Source: Podarcis cretensis (Eukaryota). From it: a stretch of DNA of 64,000 nucleotides. Where the stretch lies: contig OX638159.1 of the NCBI GenBank assembly GCA_951804945.1, positions 41,416,001 to 41,480,000 on the forward strand, given 5' to 3'. The notes beneath the pieces were generated by a model that made no database searches, had not been told where the DNA came from, and was given only the letters and a program-made list of their open reading frames with translations. Shown here one piece after another: positions 1 through 11,447 of this stretch (positions are counted from its first letter, which is position 1; each line of letters starts with the position of its first letter). A program made the translations under genes and the position numbers.

Positions 1-949
1 CCGTCAAAAAGGCCCACTTTCTAGTGGCTCCTAGCCATGGTACCATAGCCTGCGCCATGACCAGGAGGGCCTCGTCCCCCATAATGACTGAGTAAGACAG
101 GAGTAGGGAACCTCAGGCCTGAGGGGCAATGCGACCCTGCAGACCTCCATGCCTGGCCCTTGGGGCTCTCCCTAGCTCCCATCTCACCTTCCCTAAGTCA
201 TGCCCCTCATTGCCTCTGCTCCATGACCTCTTCAAGCGTTCTTGCCTGGCTGGTACATGTTCTTGAGGCAATTGGTCTCCTCAGGCACAATAAGAAGTCA
301 GAGTTTTCATTTCGTTTATGGCTTATATCCTGGTCTCCCTTTTCAGGGTAAGTCCAAAGCTAATAAAACAAAAACGACAGCCTCATTAATAAAAAATAAT
401 AATTCATTCACTTGTTTATTTGAATATGTATAAACCACGCTTACATAGGAAACATAGCAAGGCAGTGTACAACACAAAGCCACTGTAACATTGGTAAAAG
501 TGTTACCAAGTCCAGAACGCGGTTGCTACCAAGCCAATAAAGAGATAGTGGGTGGTAGGGTAAAAAGAGTTAATTAAAAGCTGCAACAGTGAGTCTCAGC
601 AGAATATCTCAAAAAGACTGAGCCTAGAGATCACCCTGTGTTTATGCAGACTCAGGGTTCAGCTGCATATGTGATGTGTAGACTTCAGGATTATGGCACC
701 TCTGAGTTATGGCACCCACCCAGGTATCAGAAATATGTGCTGCATAAACAGACTGTGAGAGAACATGAGCAAAGATCTGGGCTGGGCTGACTGTGGGTCC
801 TGACATCTGACCCCAGGTTATGGGATCCAGCTGGGTCCCAATTCAGGGAATCCAGCTATCAAAAGCACCAGCAACACACATGTCAACAAAAACTAGTTGA
901 TTTTTTTAATTAAAAAGTCAATTCCAAAGACAGTTTGGAATTCCAGCTG

Positions 950-1150
950 AACAGTGCCATCTTTGAAATACGTGTGACGGAAAATGAGGATGCCTCCCAC
1001 TGTTCTTCTGTCCGTGAAAAGCTCCACAGGAGGGAGGACCTGCCACACTAAAAGCTCAGTGCCTCATAAAGGCTGACTGAACTTCAGGGGCATTTGGGAG
1101 CACCAAAAACGGCCTGTCGAAGGATCTCAGCAACTGAGGTGGGACACTAC
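950..1150 (-). mobile_element. Degraded L2 LINE fragment
   Basis: Same ...ccacagg-agggag...gccaccac/gaaaaggc pattern as the L2 3' fragments elsewhere in the window, reverse-complemented. Confidence 0.5.
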
Positions 1151-1159
1151 TGGCATATT

Positions 1160-2030
1160 AGCAGTACATGTGAAAAGGATCGAGGGGTCTTGGACCACAG
1201 TGTGATGCAGCAGCCAAAAAAGCTAATTCTATTCTTGGCTGCAATGGAAGTCTAGTGTCCAGACCAAGGGAAGTAATAGTACCACTCTATTTTGCCTTGG
1301 TCAGACCACAGCTGGAATACCGTGCCCAGTTCTGGGCACCGCAATTTAAGAAGGATGTTGACAAGCTGGAACACGTGCAGAGGAGGGCAACCAAGATGGT
1401 CAAGGGTCTGGAAGCCAAGCCTTATGAGGAATGGTTGTAGGAGCTGGGTATTTTTAGCTTGGAAAAGAGGATACTGAAAGGAGATATGATTGTTGTTGTT
1501 GTTGTTTAGTCGTTTAGTCGTGTCCAACTCTTCGTGACCCTATGGACTAGAGCACTCCAGGCACTCCTGTCTTCCACTGCCTCCCGCAGTTTGGTCAAAC
1601 TCATGTTAGCAGCTTCGAGAACACTGTCCAACCATCTCATCCTCTGTTGTCCCCTTCTCCTTGTGCCCTCCATCTTTCCCAACATCAGGGTCTTTTCCAG
1701 GGGGAGATATGATAGCCATCTTCAAATATATTAAGGGCTGTCACATGGAAGAGGGAACAAGCTTGTTTTCTCCTTCTCTGGAGGGTAGGACTTAAACCAG
1801 TGGCTTCACGTTGCAAGAAAGGAGATTCTGACTAAACATCAGGAAGATTTCTGACAATAAGAGTTGTTTTACAGTGGAACGGACTTCATCGGAATGTGGT
1901 CGACTCTCCTTCCTTGAAAGGTTGGGTACCTGTCATGGATGCTTTAGCTGAGATTCCTGCATGACTGGGGTTGGACTAGATGACCCTTGGGGGGGGTACC
2001 TTCCAATTCTGCAATTTTAAGATTCCATAA
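1160..2030 (+). mobile_element. CR1 LINE 3' portion (ORF2 C-terminus and 3' UTR), interrupted by a Bov-B insertion
   Basis: Translates to [49 protein letters not shown], typical of CR1 ORF2, with a premature stop. Ends in ggggttggactagatgacc...ccttccaattct, the CR1 tail. Confidence 0.93.
1491..1702 (-). mobile_element. 5'-truncated Bov-B (RTE clade) LINE 3' end with (CAA)n tail
   Basis: The reverse complement ends ...gacacgactaaacgactaaacaacaacaac. Flanked by an 11-bp TSD GGAGATATGAT (1480-1490 and 1703-1713). Confidence 0.88.
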
Positions 2031-3307
2031 GCAATCAGGCAACTTCGAGGTGCTTTGGGCCCAAGTTGTTTAGGGCTTTGTGAATTACCACGAGACCCTT
2101 TCTCACTCCCAATGCCCCTGGAAGAACACTGCCAGTGCCCCACCAGTGCCAGTGCCCCACTAGGTTTTTCCAGCCACTCTGGGCGGCTTCCAGAGGAATA
2201 TAAAACACAATAAATCATACGGACGTGAAGGGTGTCAGTCTGTGTGGAGAGGGGGATTGGTTGCCCCAGGTCTCATGTAGGTGTAAAGTTACTCCACTGC
2301 TGGAGGCATGGCTATGGTTTGAAAGGAAGAACTTTGACCTGGGATTTCTCCCAAGCCTGGAAATGAAACCTCTTTTCAGGAAGGCAGTGCAGATGAGAAG
2401 AGCAGAAAGGTTGCAGCTACTGCGGTTTTCTTGAAACTCTAGTAATCTACTTCATCCTAAACATGGTTATGCTAATTCCCGAAAGATATAACTGTTAAAG
2501 TCAGAGTTTACCAGTCTTGAATTATCGTGTTTACTATCTCAGCAGATGTTTTGAAATTCAAGGTTGCAGTGATGTGGGAACTGAATCATGTCGTAGTGAT
2601 TCAGAGCTGCTGCCATTTGTCTTTGCCTGCAACCGCAAATTTATTTGGTGGTTCGCACTCAGCCCTGGGAGTGAACCCTGAGCTACAGGATTTGTCACAA
2701 ATGCACAACAATTTTGCCGCCTTCTCCAACACCTGTGCAGGAAGCCAAGCTCTGGCACACCATTTTATTCCAGAACATATGCAGTTATTGCTAATTATCC
2801 TTGCAAGGGGCCAGGACAGTTGCCACCACTCCTGGCCAGGTACAGGGCGGCAGTCCATGCACGTAGCTTCTCTCTGGGAGGTTGTCAAAAGAGATTAAAA
2901 CTTTTGCATCGTGTTTTCGTTTTTTGCACTGGCTGTGAGCTAGGCAGAATCTAGAGCAGGGATGGGGAAATGGTTCATCAGGCAACCATGTGCTGCTCAT
3001 GCAGTTTGAAATTAAAGGCACAGTGATTTGCAATCCCCAGTGATTAGACCCATGCACAGTACTCTATACAAGCCCCAGCAAGACTCATGCTCTACCATAG
3101 TGAGTTCATATATTGCTCAGTTGTAGGGCCAGGGCATTTAGCATGGCCAGAACAATCTTGTGAGCCAAATGAGGAAGCCTGCAACCTTAATTAGGCTGGT
3201 TCTGCTGATTTCAAGGTTATGAGTACATAGAATATGCTAGGCTCGGCGATCTATCAGTGCAGGGCAGCAAGGTTATGGATTGAACCTCAAAACCATTTAC
3301 CACTGAA

Positions 3308-3550
3308 AGAAGAGTTTGGATTTGACATCCCGCTTTATCACTACCCAAAGAAGTCTCAAAGCGGTTAACATTCTCCTTTCCCTTCCTCCCTCACAACAAA
3401 CATTCTGTGAGGTGAGTGGGGCTGAGAGACTTCAGAGAAGTGTGACTAGCCCAAGGTTACCCAGCAGCTGCATGTGGAGGAGTGGAGACGCGAACCTGGT
3501 TCACCAGATTACGAGTCTACTGCTCTTAACCACAACACCACACTGGCTCT
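3308..3550 (-). mobile_element. MIR/CORE-derived tRNA SINE (Squam3-like)
   Basis: The minus strand starts agagccagtgtggtg-tgtggttaagagc (A box), has a B-box-like ggttcgcgtctcc and a CORE-like ctgggt-accttgggctagtcac. Near-identical to the copy at 50110-50355. Confidence 0.82.
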
Positions 3551-3654
3551 GGGAGCCACACTGGGCTATAGGAGCGAAAACTTAGGCTTTGTATAGAATT
3601 TATTTTATGTTGTCTCTGCTAATATGACTTTGAAACTTCATTATGTTTGTCTTG

Positions 3655-3908
3655 AGTGAGGTTACAGGGAACCAGGCAGAGGGCCTTCTCGGTAGTGGCG
3701 CCTGCCCTGTGGAATGCCCTCCCATCAGATGTCAAGGGAATAAACAGCTATCCGACTTTTAGAAGATATCTGAAGGCAGCCCTATTTAGGGAAGTTTTTA
3801 ATGTTTGAAGTTTTATTCTGTTTTTAATGTTCTGTTGAAAGCCGCCCAGAGTGGCTGGGGAAACCCAGCCAGATAGGCAGAGTAGAAATAAATTATTATT
3901 ATTATTAT
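3655..3908 (+). mobile_element. L2 LINE 3' end with (ATT)n tail
   Basis: agggccttctcggtagtggcgcctgccctgtggaatgccctccc...gccgcccagagtggctgggga...aataaattattatt; the same family recurs at 31784 and 59697. Confidence 0.8.
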
Positions 3909-3942
3909 CACTGTCACTGTCACTGTCACTGTCACTGTCACT
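3909..3942. repeat. (CACTGT)5.7 microsatellite
   Basis: Directly visible; adjoins the L2 tail. Confidence 0.95.
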
Positions 3943-4476
3943 ATCATTTCACATGCAGTTGGCAGAGTTTGGCTTGCATTCTCCATCAATTAGAAGATTT
4001 CTGTGTTGAAATAAAAAAAAAAGATGGTTAGTCTGCTGGCTTGCTGACATTTCATATTGGCTGCAATTAATTTCTCCTTTATATAGCTCTCTCTCATACA
4101 CCCCTTAAAACCTGTTGGATAAGAGTTTGACTGGAAAGCTAAATGGTATGTTTAGAATGGGATGTGGGATTTATGTACATTAGTATCTTGAGAATTCTTC
4201 ATGGTAATTATTATATATAGTAGCATCTATGTTCAAAGAACAGGTGTGTCTAGATCCTGCCCTGAAGGCGCCTACAATCTAAAAGAGGTGCAGGGAAACC
4301 ACAGAGAAAGGCGGCAACAGAGGGCAATGAAAGCGGGAGATGAATATGTACTTAACTTCTGTGATGGACAGACCTTGGGTCATCTTCCTGCAGACCCAGA
4401 AGAGACTGGGTGGAGTGTCAGCCAATCAGGAGGGAGAGAAAAGTTAAGAGAGAGAACCTGTTAGCAAAACTGACAG

Positions 4477-4610
4477 ATAATAATAATAATAATAAATTTT
4501 ATTTATATCCCGCCCTCCCCAGCCGAAACCAGGCTCAGGGCGGCTAACAACACTAAAGTAGTGCAACATTATAAAAACATTATAAAAATTAATTAAAATC
4601 AAAATTGTTA
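4477..4610 (-). mobile_element. Short L2-type LINE 3' end with (TTA)n tail
   Basis: (AAT)n followed by tttatttatatcccgccctccccagcc...ctcagggcggctaaca. Confidence 0.65.
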
Positions 4611-5041
4611 AGGCTTGGTTGGGGCCTAGACTTGACTTGCATGTTGCCCTGAGAGACTTTGGCTTGGAGTAGAAGTGATACTGCTGGTCTCTTATGGTTA
4701 TAGGACTGAGAGAAGGCCTTGGACTCAAATTCTCCTTCCTTCTCCTCTCTTCAGGGTCACAAAGTTCCCTCCCGGCCTTTCAACAATAGATTATTGTTTC
4801 TTCTGTGCCCTGCCATTCACTATGGTTAAAGCTAATGAGGTTTCTCACTGCAAATAGCCAGAGCTTGAGCTGATTTGCAAACTATGGTTAACAAGGCGAT
4901 TCTGGTTTCTGGTAAACATAGAATAGTGTGCCAGTAGATGTCTTGCCTGCAAGAATTAGACTCCCCCCCCCCCTTTGGAAAATAAGCTATGAGAAGCGTC
5001 CGACATTGAAGTGTGCTCTCCTGCCATGTTCTCCAACGCAG

Positions 5042-5208
5042 GTCTCCTGCAGAAAGAGAAGCTGGCCATTGAAGCTCTGCGGGTTTGCTGCCTCCTCCTT
5101 CCGCCAGCGAACCGCCGAAAGCTGCAGCTGCTGATGACTCTGTTGGCCAGGATTGGCTCAAATAAAGATTTGCCACCCCTCTCAGATACAGTCGGGACGA
5201 GAACGCTG
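5042..5208 (+). CDS. DEPDC1B: DEP domain-containing protein 1B, internal coding exon (RhoGAP-like domain): (G)[55 protein letters not shown]
   Basis: Acceptor ...ccaacgcAG at 5040-5041 (phase 1) and donor CTG|GTGAGC at 5209. The peptide matches the recalled DEPDC1B motif [32 protein letters not shown]...GTRTL. Confidence 0.96.
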
Positions 5209-6233
5209 GTGAGCGTCTTCTGGGAAGTGAGAGACCGAGCTGGGCTTGCAAAATCTTCCTGGAATTGCTTTGGGGGAAAGACTCTCCTTAGTTACAAAAA
5301 AGAAAGCAGCAAAGTATTTAACCGTGGGTGTGGCGTGGAAGTTCTCCCTTTCACTGCCTGTGTAACATGAATCACCAGGTTGCAACCTGCAGCAGACGCT
5401 GTGTATTTGATAGAGCTGACAAGAGTTAGCAGCTGTGGGTTCTCCCACCCAGTTCCCATCGCTACCCTTTTGTCTGTTTGTCCTTCTCCCCCCGCATTTC
5501 CTGCTGCACAGCATCAGACATACTGTGTGCTGCAAGGAGTGGGAGCTGATAGGGAAGGACAGGACAGGGGGAGGAATCTCTCCTCCAGTTTTGTTGGTGC
5601 TCATTCTCAGGTTGCAGCCTGGCTTTCACCTTGCCTTCTCTAGGAAACCTCTCCCCTCCCCCTCCCCAGTGGCAGCTTCTGTCTTGTTCAGCTGTTGACA
5701 ATTCTGGAGGCAGGTCTTCAATGGCACCAGCACTGAACAAAAGTGCTCAGCCATCTTTGAGGGTGGATGGGACCAGGAAGCCCAGGGGTCAGCAGGTGTT
5801 TGATGGGGATCCGCTGGTGGATCTCTGGCTCATGTACAGTAGGCAGACAAAAATGTCTCAAATAGCTTTTTTTAAAAATGACTCCCCTAATGCACATTAG
5901 GCGGCTGAAATGAAGAAAACTTGGAGGTAGCCAGGAATGTTGTTGTGTGTCAAAGGTCTGTGAGCTGAGATTGGTCCTGAAAGTTGAAACGAATCCCTGG
6001 GCTCAGCAGCTGCTCAGAGGCACCCTGCTGTTTAGTTCAAAGTGTACATCTTTTGCACCTGGGTCCTGTTGGTGGATTTGGGGGGTTCTAGTCAAGCACA
6101 AAGTACCTCCTGAAAATCTGAAGTCTGTGCTCCCCTGTTGCAAGCCACTTTGGGAGTGTTTGGTATGGCAAAAATGGGGAGGACCCATGAATAAGAAAGT
6201 GTTGTTGTGATAACCAGTCTTCTTTTGTTTCAG

Positions 6234-6410
6234 ATGGTTCAGTCCTTTTCTCGCTGTATTCTTTGCTCCAAGGATGATGTGGACTTGGATGAGCTTCTGG
6301 CTACTAAACTGGTGTCATTCTTGATGGACAAATATCAAGAGATCTTAAGCGTACCTTGTGCCCTGAAAGCTAAAATAGAGGAGCATGTAGCACATCTCCA
6401 AAGGGTCCAG
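6234..6410 (+). CDS. DEPDC1B: DEPDC1B internal coding exon: [59 protein letters not shown]
   Basis: Acceptor tcttttgtttcAG at 6232-6233 and donor CAG|GTGAGA at 6411. 177 nt, phase 0-0, in frame with the previous exon. Resembles DEPDC1[24 protein letters not shown]... Confidence 0.96.
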
Positions 6411-7349
6411 GTGAGAGCTGTAGAACAGAAATGTCTTCTCCCCAACTCAGTTCTTTATTACCTTCTTAAAACCAAACCAGTTCTTCTCATGCAACAAATA
6501 AAGTGACATGTAGCTATAATCCAATAAGCATTTATCAGGGAGTAAGCACCACTGAATTCAATGGGTCTTGTTTGTTTTGTCCATATCTTCCATTGCCAGA
6601 CTTTGGCCATTAATGCCTGTGAGCCTCTGGACCACCTGTGGGCAGCAGGCAGCTCTTTCAGGCCTTTCTTATAGCCTGCTACAGATTGCCCAACCAGGGT
6701 TCCACTATCAAAATAACCCCATACTAGCATTTCCCCATGGCCTGCCAAACAGCTGGGAGCGGGGGGAAAGGATGAAGGAATCATATTTGCAAGGGACAGC
6801 AGTGGCACGCGATGGCATAACTAAGATTCCATCCTACGCCTTCCAGTTGCCCAGCTGATATGGTAACGGGAACAACCGGCAGGGCTTGTGCTCCCTCATG
6901 CTTCTTGGTTGCTTCGAGTTCAGTCAGTTGGACGTGGGGTGGGAGGTAGGGTACAAGGTTGGACGAGGAGGAAGGGCACATGTGTGACAGTGTGCAGGGG
7001 AAAGGCTGTGTGTGAAAGAGAATTGGAACAGGGGTGGAGACCCCACCTTCCAGCGACACATTTAAAATGCCATAGAATGTTAATCAGCCCAAGGCCTGGT
7101 TGAATGAAGGCTCCAGGCATCCCTGAGGAGAGCATTCCATGAACTGGGAGCCACCACAGAAAAGGCCCATTCTCATTTTGCTGCCCTCCAGACCTCTTGT
7201 GTGAGAGGGACACTTGAAGAAGGGCCTCAGATGATGATGGCAGGGTCCACCCCTCTCCTCATCTTCCCACAACACAAGCGACCCATGCAGGGCTCCCTTT
7301 CCCCTGCCCTCGAGTGTGCCCAGAGGAAGGGAACCAGGATAGAACAAAG

Positions 7350-7660
7350 TTTTGTGAGGATCAGTTGAAAGATTTGGGCCTGTTTAGCTTAGAGAAGAGA
7401 AGGCAAAGGGGAGACACAATAGCAGTCTTAAAATATCAGAAGGGCTGCCTCGCAGAAGATGGCGGAGGCATGTTCTCTGTTGCTCCAGACAAGAACCAGT
7501 GCATAGAAGTTGGCAGGGAAGCAGGTGCCAGCACCAACACTAATAGCAGAAACTGCTTTAACAGTGGAACAGACTGGCTTCGGAGGTGGTGGTGCACTCT
7601 TCTTTGCTGGAGGTATTTAAGCAGAGGTCGAATGGCCATCTGCCAGGGATGCAGTAGCTG
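7350..7660 (+). mobile_element. Degraded CR1 ORF2 3' fragment
   Basis: Translates to EDQLKDLGLFSLEKRRQRGDTIAVLKYQKGC, the CR1 ORF2 C-terminal motif. Confidence 0.85.
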
Positions 7661-7737
7661 CATCTTGTGTTGTGGATCCTGAATTGACCACAAAGTTGCA
7701 CTGGATGGGGAGCCTCCAGCCTGCAGGCCAGTCTTGG

Positions 7738-8286
7738 TGTCATAGGCTGGCTGGCTGCAGAGGAGTGGGAGGAGGCACCAGCTTTTGGTGGTGAGATGAC
7801 AATGAGGGAGCAGACTGGGAGGAGGAGGTTTGGAAGCAGAAGAGGTAACAGGGTTTAGTGAGCAGGGAGAGGCTGTGGCAGAGAGCAGTTTAGATTCCCA
7901 GGCTGAAGCGGAGGCTGGGAAGGAGTGGAGTCAGGCTGCTGAAGAATCCAAGAGGTCTCCTCCTCCTGCGACCCCTAAAAAGACAGAGAAATGAAAAGAG
8001 CAGAACAGAGATTGGTTGTGCACCAACACAGTTTGCGATTGCTTGGAAAAGACCCCAGAGAGGAGGAGCCTTAAAAAGGGGTGGGATAGTGGGGACCTTC
8101 AGTCTTCACAACTGCCTCATTGGGGCAAGACCTACTGGGGAGTCCCTGGAATCACTAGGCCTGAGCTGTTTTGGATTCTTTGAATAAATAGTAAACTTAG
8201 TTTTTTTAAAAAAAATTTAAAATATCTTAATAAATAGTTAACCTTGTTTTTTATTGCTGACTTACGCTTGACTCAGGCTCCTGACA
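7738..8286 (+). mobile_element. Solo LTR of an LTR retrotransposon or ERV (549 bp)
   Basis: Termini TGTCA...TGACA, perfect 5-bp TSD CTTGG (7733-7737 and 8287-8291), TATA-like ttaaaaa near 8071, AATAAA at 8183 and 8229. Confidence 0.85.
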
Positions 8287-8498
8287 CTTGGTGGCCCACC
8301 AGCCTTCCCCGTTTGGGGCTGCAAGGCCATTTGGTGCCAAACATAGCCACTCACCCCTTCACCTGACATCACACAGGTGAAAGCTGGGCTTGCCCAAGGT
8401 CTGATCTGTGCAGCTCCCAAAGCACCGGCAGCCAGCTGGTTGTTAGGAGCCTCGGAAGCACCACACAAAGCCGGAACCCAGTGCTAAGCAGGATCACA

Positions 8499-8875
8499 GC
8501 GGGTGGCGCTGTGGTCTAAACCATTGAGCCTCTTGGGTTTGCCGATCCGAAGGTCAGTGGTTAGAATCCCCGCGACAGGGTGAGCTCCCGTTGCTCTGTC
8601 CCAGCTCCTGCCAACCTAGCAGTTCGAAAGCACGCCAGTGCAAGTAGATTAATCACTGTGGCTGGAAGGTAAACAGCGTTTCCGTGTGCTCTGGCTTCCG
8701 TCACGGTGTTCTGTTGCGCCAGAAGCGGTTTAGTCATGCTGGCCACATGACCCAGAAAGTTGTCTGTGGACAAACACCAGCTCCCTCGGCCTGAAAGAGA
8801 GATGAGCGCCACGACCCCATAGTCGCCTTCAACTGGACTTAACTGTCCAGGGGTCCTTTACCTTTCTACCTTTAC
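8499..8875 (+). mobile_element. Sauria SINE
   Basis: gcgggtggcgctgtggtctaaacca...cctgccaacctagcagttcgaaagcac...(ACCTTT)n tail. Confidence 0.92.
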
Positions 8876-9605
8876 TTACTCTCCTTTCACCTCAGCTGAA
8901 CTTGCTTAGCGCTGGGCCTTGCCTTATTTATCTTGTGCCCATCAAGTGGTGGGAAGATGGAGGAAACAACTGCTTTGCCAGCCCTCTACTGGAAATTACC
9001 ATGCAAGGAATTTTGACAGGTGGGTGGCAGTTCTTACCTGTCAACTTTGCCCACAGGGCTGATCCGTAGAGACAAAAAGTTCTCCCATTCCTGGCCCTGG
9101 ACCTTGGAAGCTTCCTTCTAATCCTTTAATCCTTTGGCATCACCTGCAACACAAGATGAAAATAACTCATCCAGTGGCATCTACCCACAAGCCAAGATGC
9201 AAATGTCTTTCCCACACAATTTATTTTTTACTATTACTCCTGCATTTGTGTGCTGCTTTTCAACCGTGTCCCCAAAGCGGCTTACAACATCCGTTCTGAA
9301 AAGCTAAGATGAAAGGCGCAGTTAATAAAACGCAGCACAAAAGACAAGGCAATTTCTAAAACGAGCGTAGGTCCCTGTGGAGAGAGGCCTGGCAAAATAA
9401 AAATATTTCGCTTCTTCTGCATCTCTCTTGCAAGGGGGAATTTGACAAGCAAGCGATAGCACCTAAAGGTCCTGCAGTGGTGGCTGTGTATATCTCCTGA
9501 TCTCAAATCATAACCATCGAGAGAGGCGTGCACAAAAGATTTTATCCTGGGATACCAAAATTTTAGCTCCTTTTCTCAGCATACCTCCCACCTGTTCTAA
9601 CACAG

Positions 9606-9791
9606 ATAAAATATCCAGGAGCTGATGCAGATTCAACCTTGCCTGCACCATCGTTTTGTCATCAGATCAGCGCAGATGAGTTTGAGCACCAAAGAACAAA
9701 TGGCTGCCAAGAACCCTTGGTAGGTTTGTTGGAAGAAATTGTGATGAATCGGGAGATGTCCATCAAGGAGAAGAAGAAGAAGTTGAAGCAG
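9606..9791 (+). CDS. DEPDC1B: DEPDC1B penultimate coding exon: [62 protein letters not shown]
   Basis: Absent from the ORF track; translated by hand. Acceptor ctaacacAG at 9604-9605 and donor CAG|GTAAAA at 9792. 186 nt, phase 0-0. Matches DEPDC1B IKYPGAD...SFCRQIS...KEKKKKLKQ. Confidence 0.95.
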
Positions 9792-10311
9792 GTAAAATAA
9801 ATGGTCAAAATTTCTCTTTTAAAGCTTTCCTCTTCACATTGTTCCCCACCCCCAAAAAACGGATTTTGATGTGATATTTACTCTTATCTATCATGGGGAA
9901 TGGTAAATAGTCGTTTTCCGGTCTTCATTTCTTCCTCTGTCCCTTCTATCTGTCGCCTTTGAATCTGCTTGTGTTGGTTCTGATCCTGTAAACTCACTGG
10001 AAGATTTTCATGGCAATGAGAACATCTGCAAATATTTGTGTGACAAGAGCATACATATTGCATATGTAAATATTCCCACCAGTGCTACAGAAAAAAAGCT
10101 TGATGTTTGTAAAGGGAAACATTTACAAAGCAGGGGTGGTTTAGGGACCAGGGATCCCCACCCCTGCTCTCTTTACATGAGACCAGGATCCTGGTCCTGG
10201 CAGGTTTCCTAGTCATTTTTGAAGCACCTCACCCCCACAACAAACACAGCTCTGTATGTGTGTGGGCCCTGTATGGAATTTAGAATTGTTTTTAAAACTG
10301 CTTCTTTATTC

Positions 10312-10455
10312 CATTTATATCCCACCTTTTTCCTCCAAGGAGTTCAGGGTAGCATACATGCTTTCCACAACAACCCTCCGAGGTAGGATAGACTGTGACT
10401 GGCCCAAGGTCACCCAGTGAACTTTATGGCTGAATTGGAACTGGAGCTCTGGTCT
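10312..10455 (-). mobile_element. Degraded MIR-like SINE
   Basis: Contains gtgactggcccaaggtcacccagtga, the reverse complement of the CORE motif. Similar relics lie at about 14790-14990 (-) and 40540-40745 (+). Confidence 0.65.
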
Positions 10456-11447
10456 TTCAGGCACGGACAGGAATTTTTCTGGCAGGCTAATTTCTCCCTC
10501 ACACACAGATGAGAAGAATATGTACATTTTGTCTCATATCTCAGCTCTACAAGTGCCAGTTCTTCCGATCTGGGTTTGCCTCCTCCCTTTTGGATGCTTA
10601 TGCATTGCAGGGCTTGGACTAAGGCGATCAGCTATACAATTCTGTGACTCTGTTCTCCCAGTCTGACACGCCTAAGTACTACACCATGCTGGTTCTAATT
10701 AATGTATGTAGTTTTGTATCCATAATTAAAATACATAATAAACAGGGCTATTAAAACTGTTACAGTTGCAGCAACAATAAAAGCAGGAGGTTCAATTCAG
10801 GAGATTAGGAAGAGGATAGGTATGTCTTCAAGAGTTGGTGGAATTTCAATACCAAAGTGGTGTGCTCTATTTTAGCAGGGAGAACATTTCACAACACTGG
10901 TGCCACCAACCGAAAAAAACCTGCTTCTGTGTCCTCACAAGCCTGATATCCTTCAGGATGTGGCAAAACCAACTGGGTTCCATTTGTTAACCATACTACC
11001 CTTTCTAGACATAATAGGCCTCCTGGTTCACATGACAGTATGGGATGTCATTATTGTAAGGTCCCTAAATATAGGCTTGCCTAGCAGAAATGTTATACCA
11101 ATTTATGGTTTAAATGCAGTTTGTGTGGTGTTAAATAACACACCGTACTTTCATGGCTGAGACGTCATCAGTTACAAACTTGAGGGTAGTGAAAATGTGG
11201 AACTTCTCCAGAATGAGGCAGTTTAAAAATGGTTTAATTCCCCTTTTAGGGCTCACAGCCCTCAGAAGGCAGCTTACAGGACTTGAAAATACAGGTGAGA
11301 GCTGGAAAGGGTCCACCACCTTTTGTGTGGGACAAGGGTTAAGATGCCCCTCTGATAGTATTTTTCTTTTCTTATGCTTTTTCTCTTTGTTTTCTTTCTT
11401 TCTTTTATATTTTAGTGTGTTTTGTTTTCTCTTCTATTTTTATTGAA

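Noticed and set aside
2527-2898. 123-aa ORF as a further DEPDC1B exon
   Set aside because: No similarity to the expected upstream DEPDC1B sequence (...LLTF...FVSVL) and no convincing splice-site pair. The preceding constitutive exon seems to lie outside the window.
5011-6506. Track ORFs 5011-5370 and 6207-6506 as stand-alone genes
   Set aside because: Only the central parts match DEPDC1B; the rest is intron read-through beyond clear splice sites.
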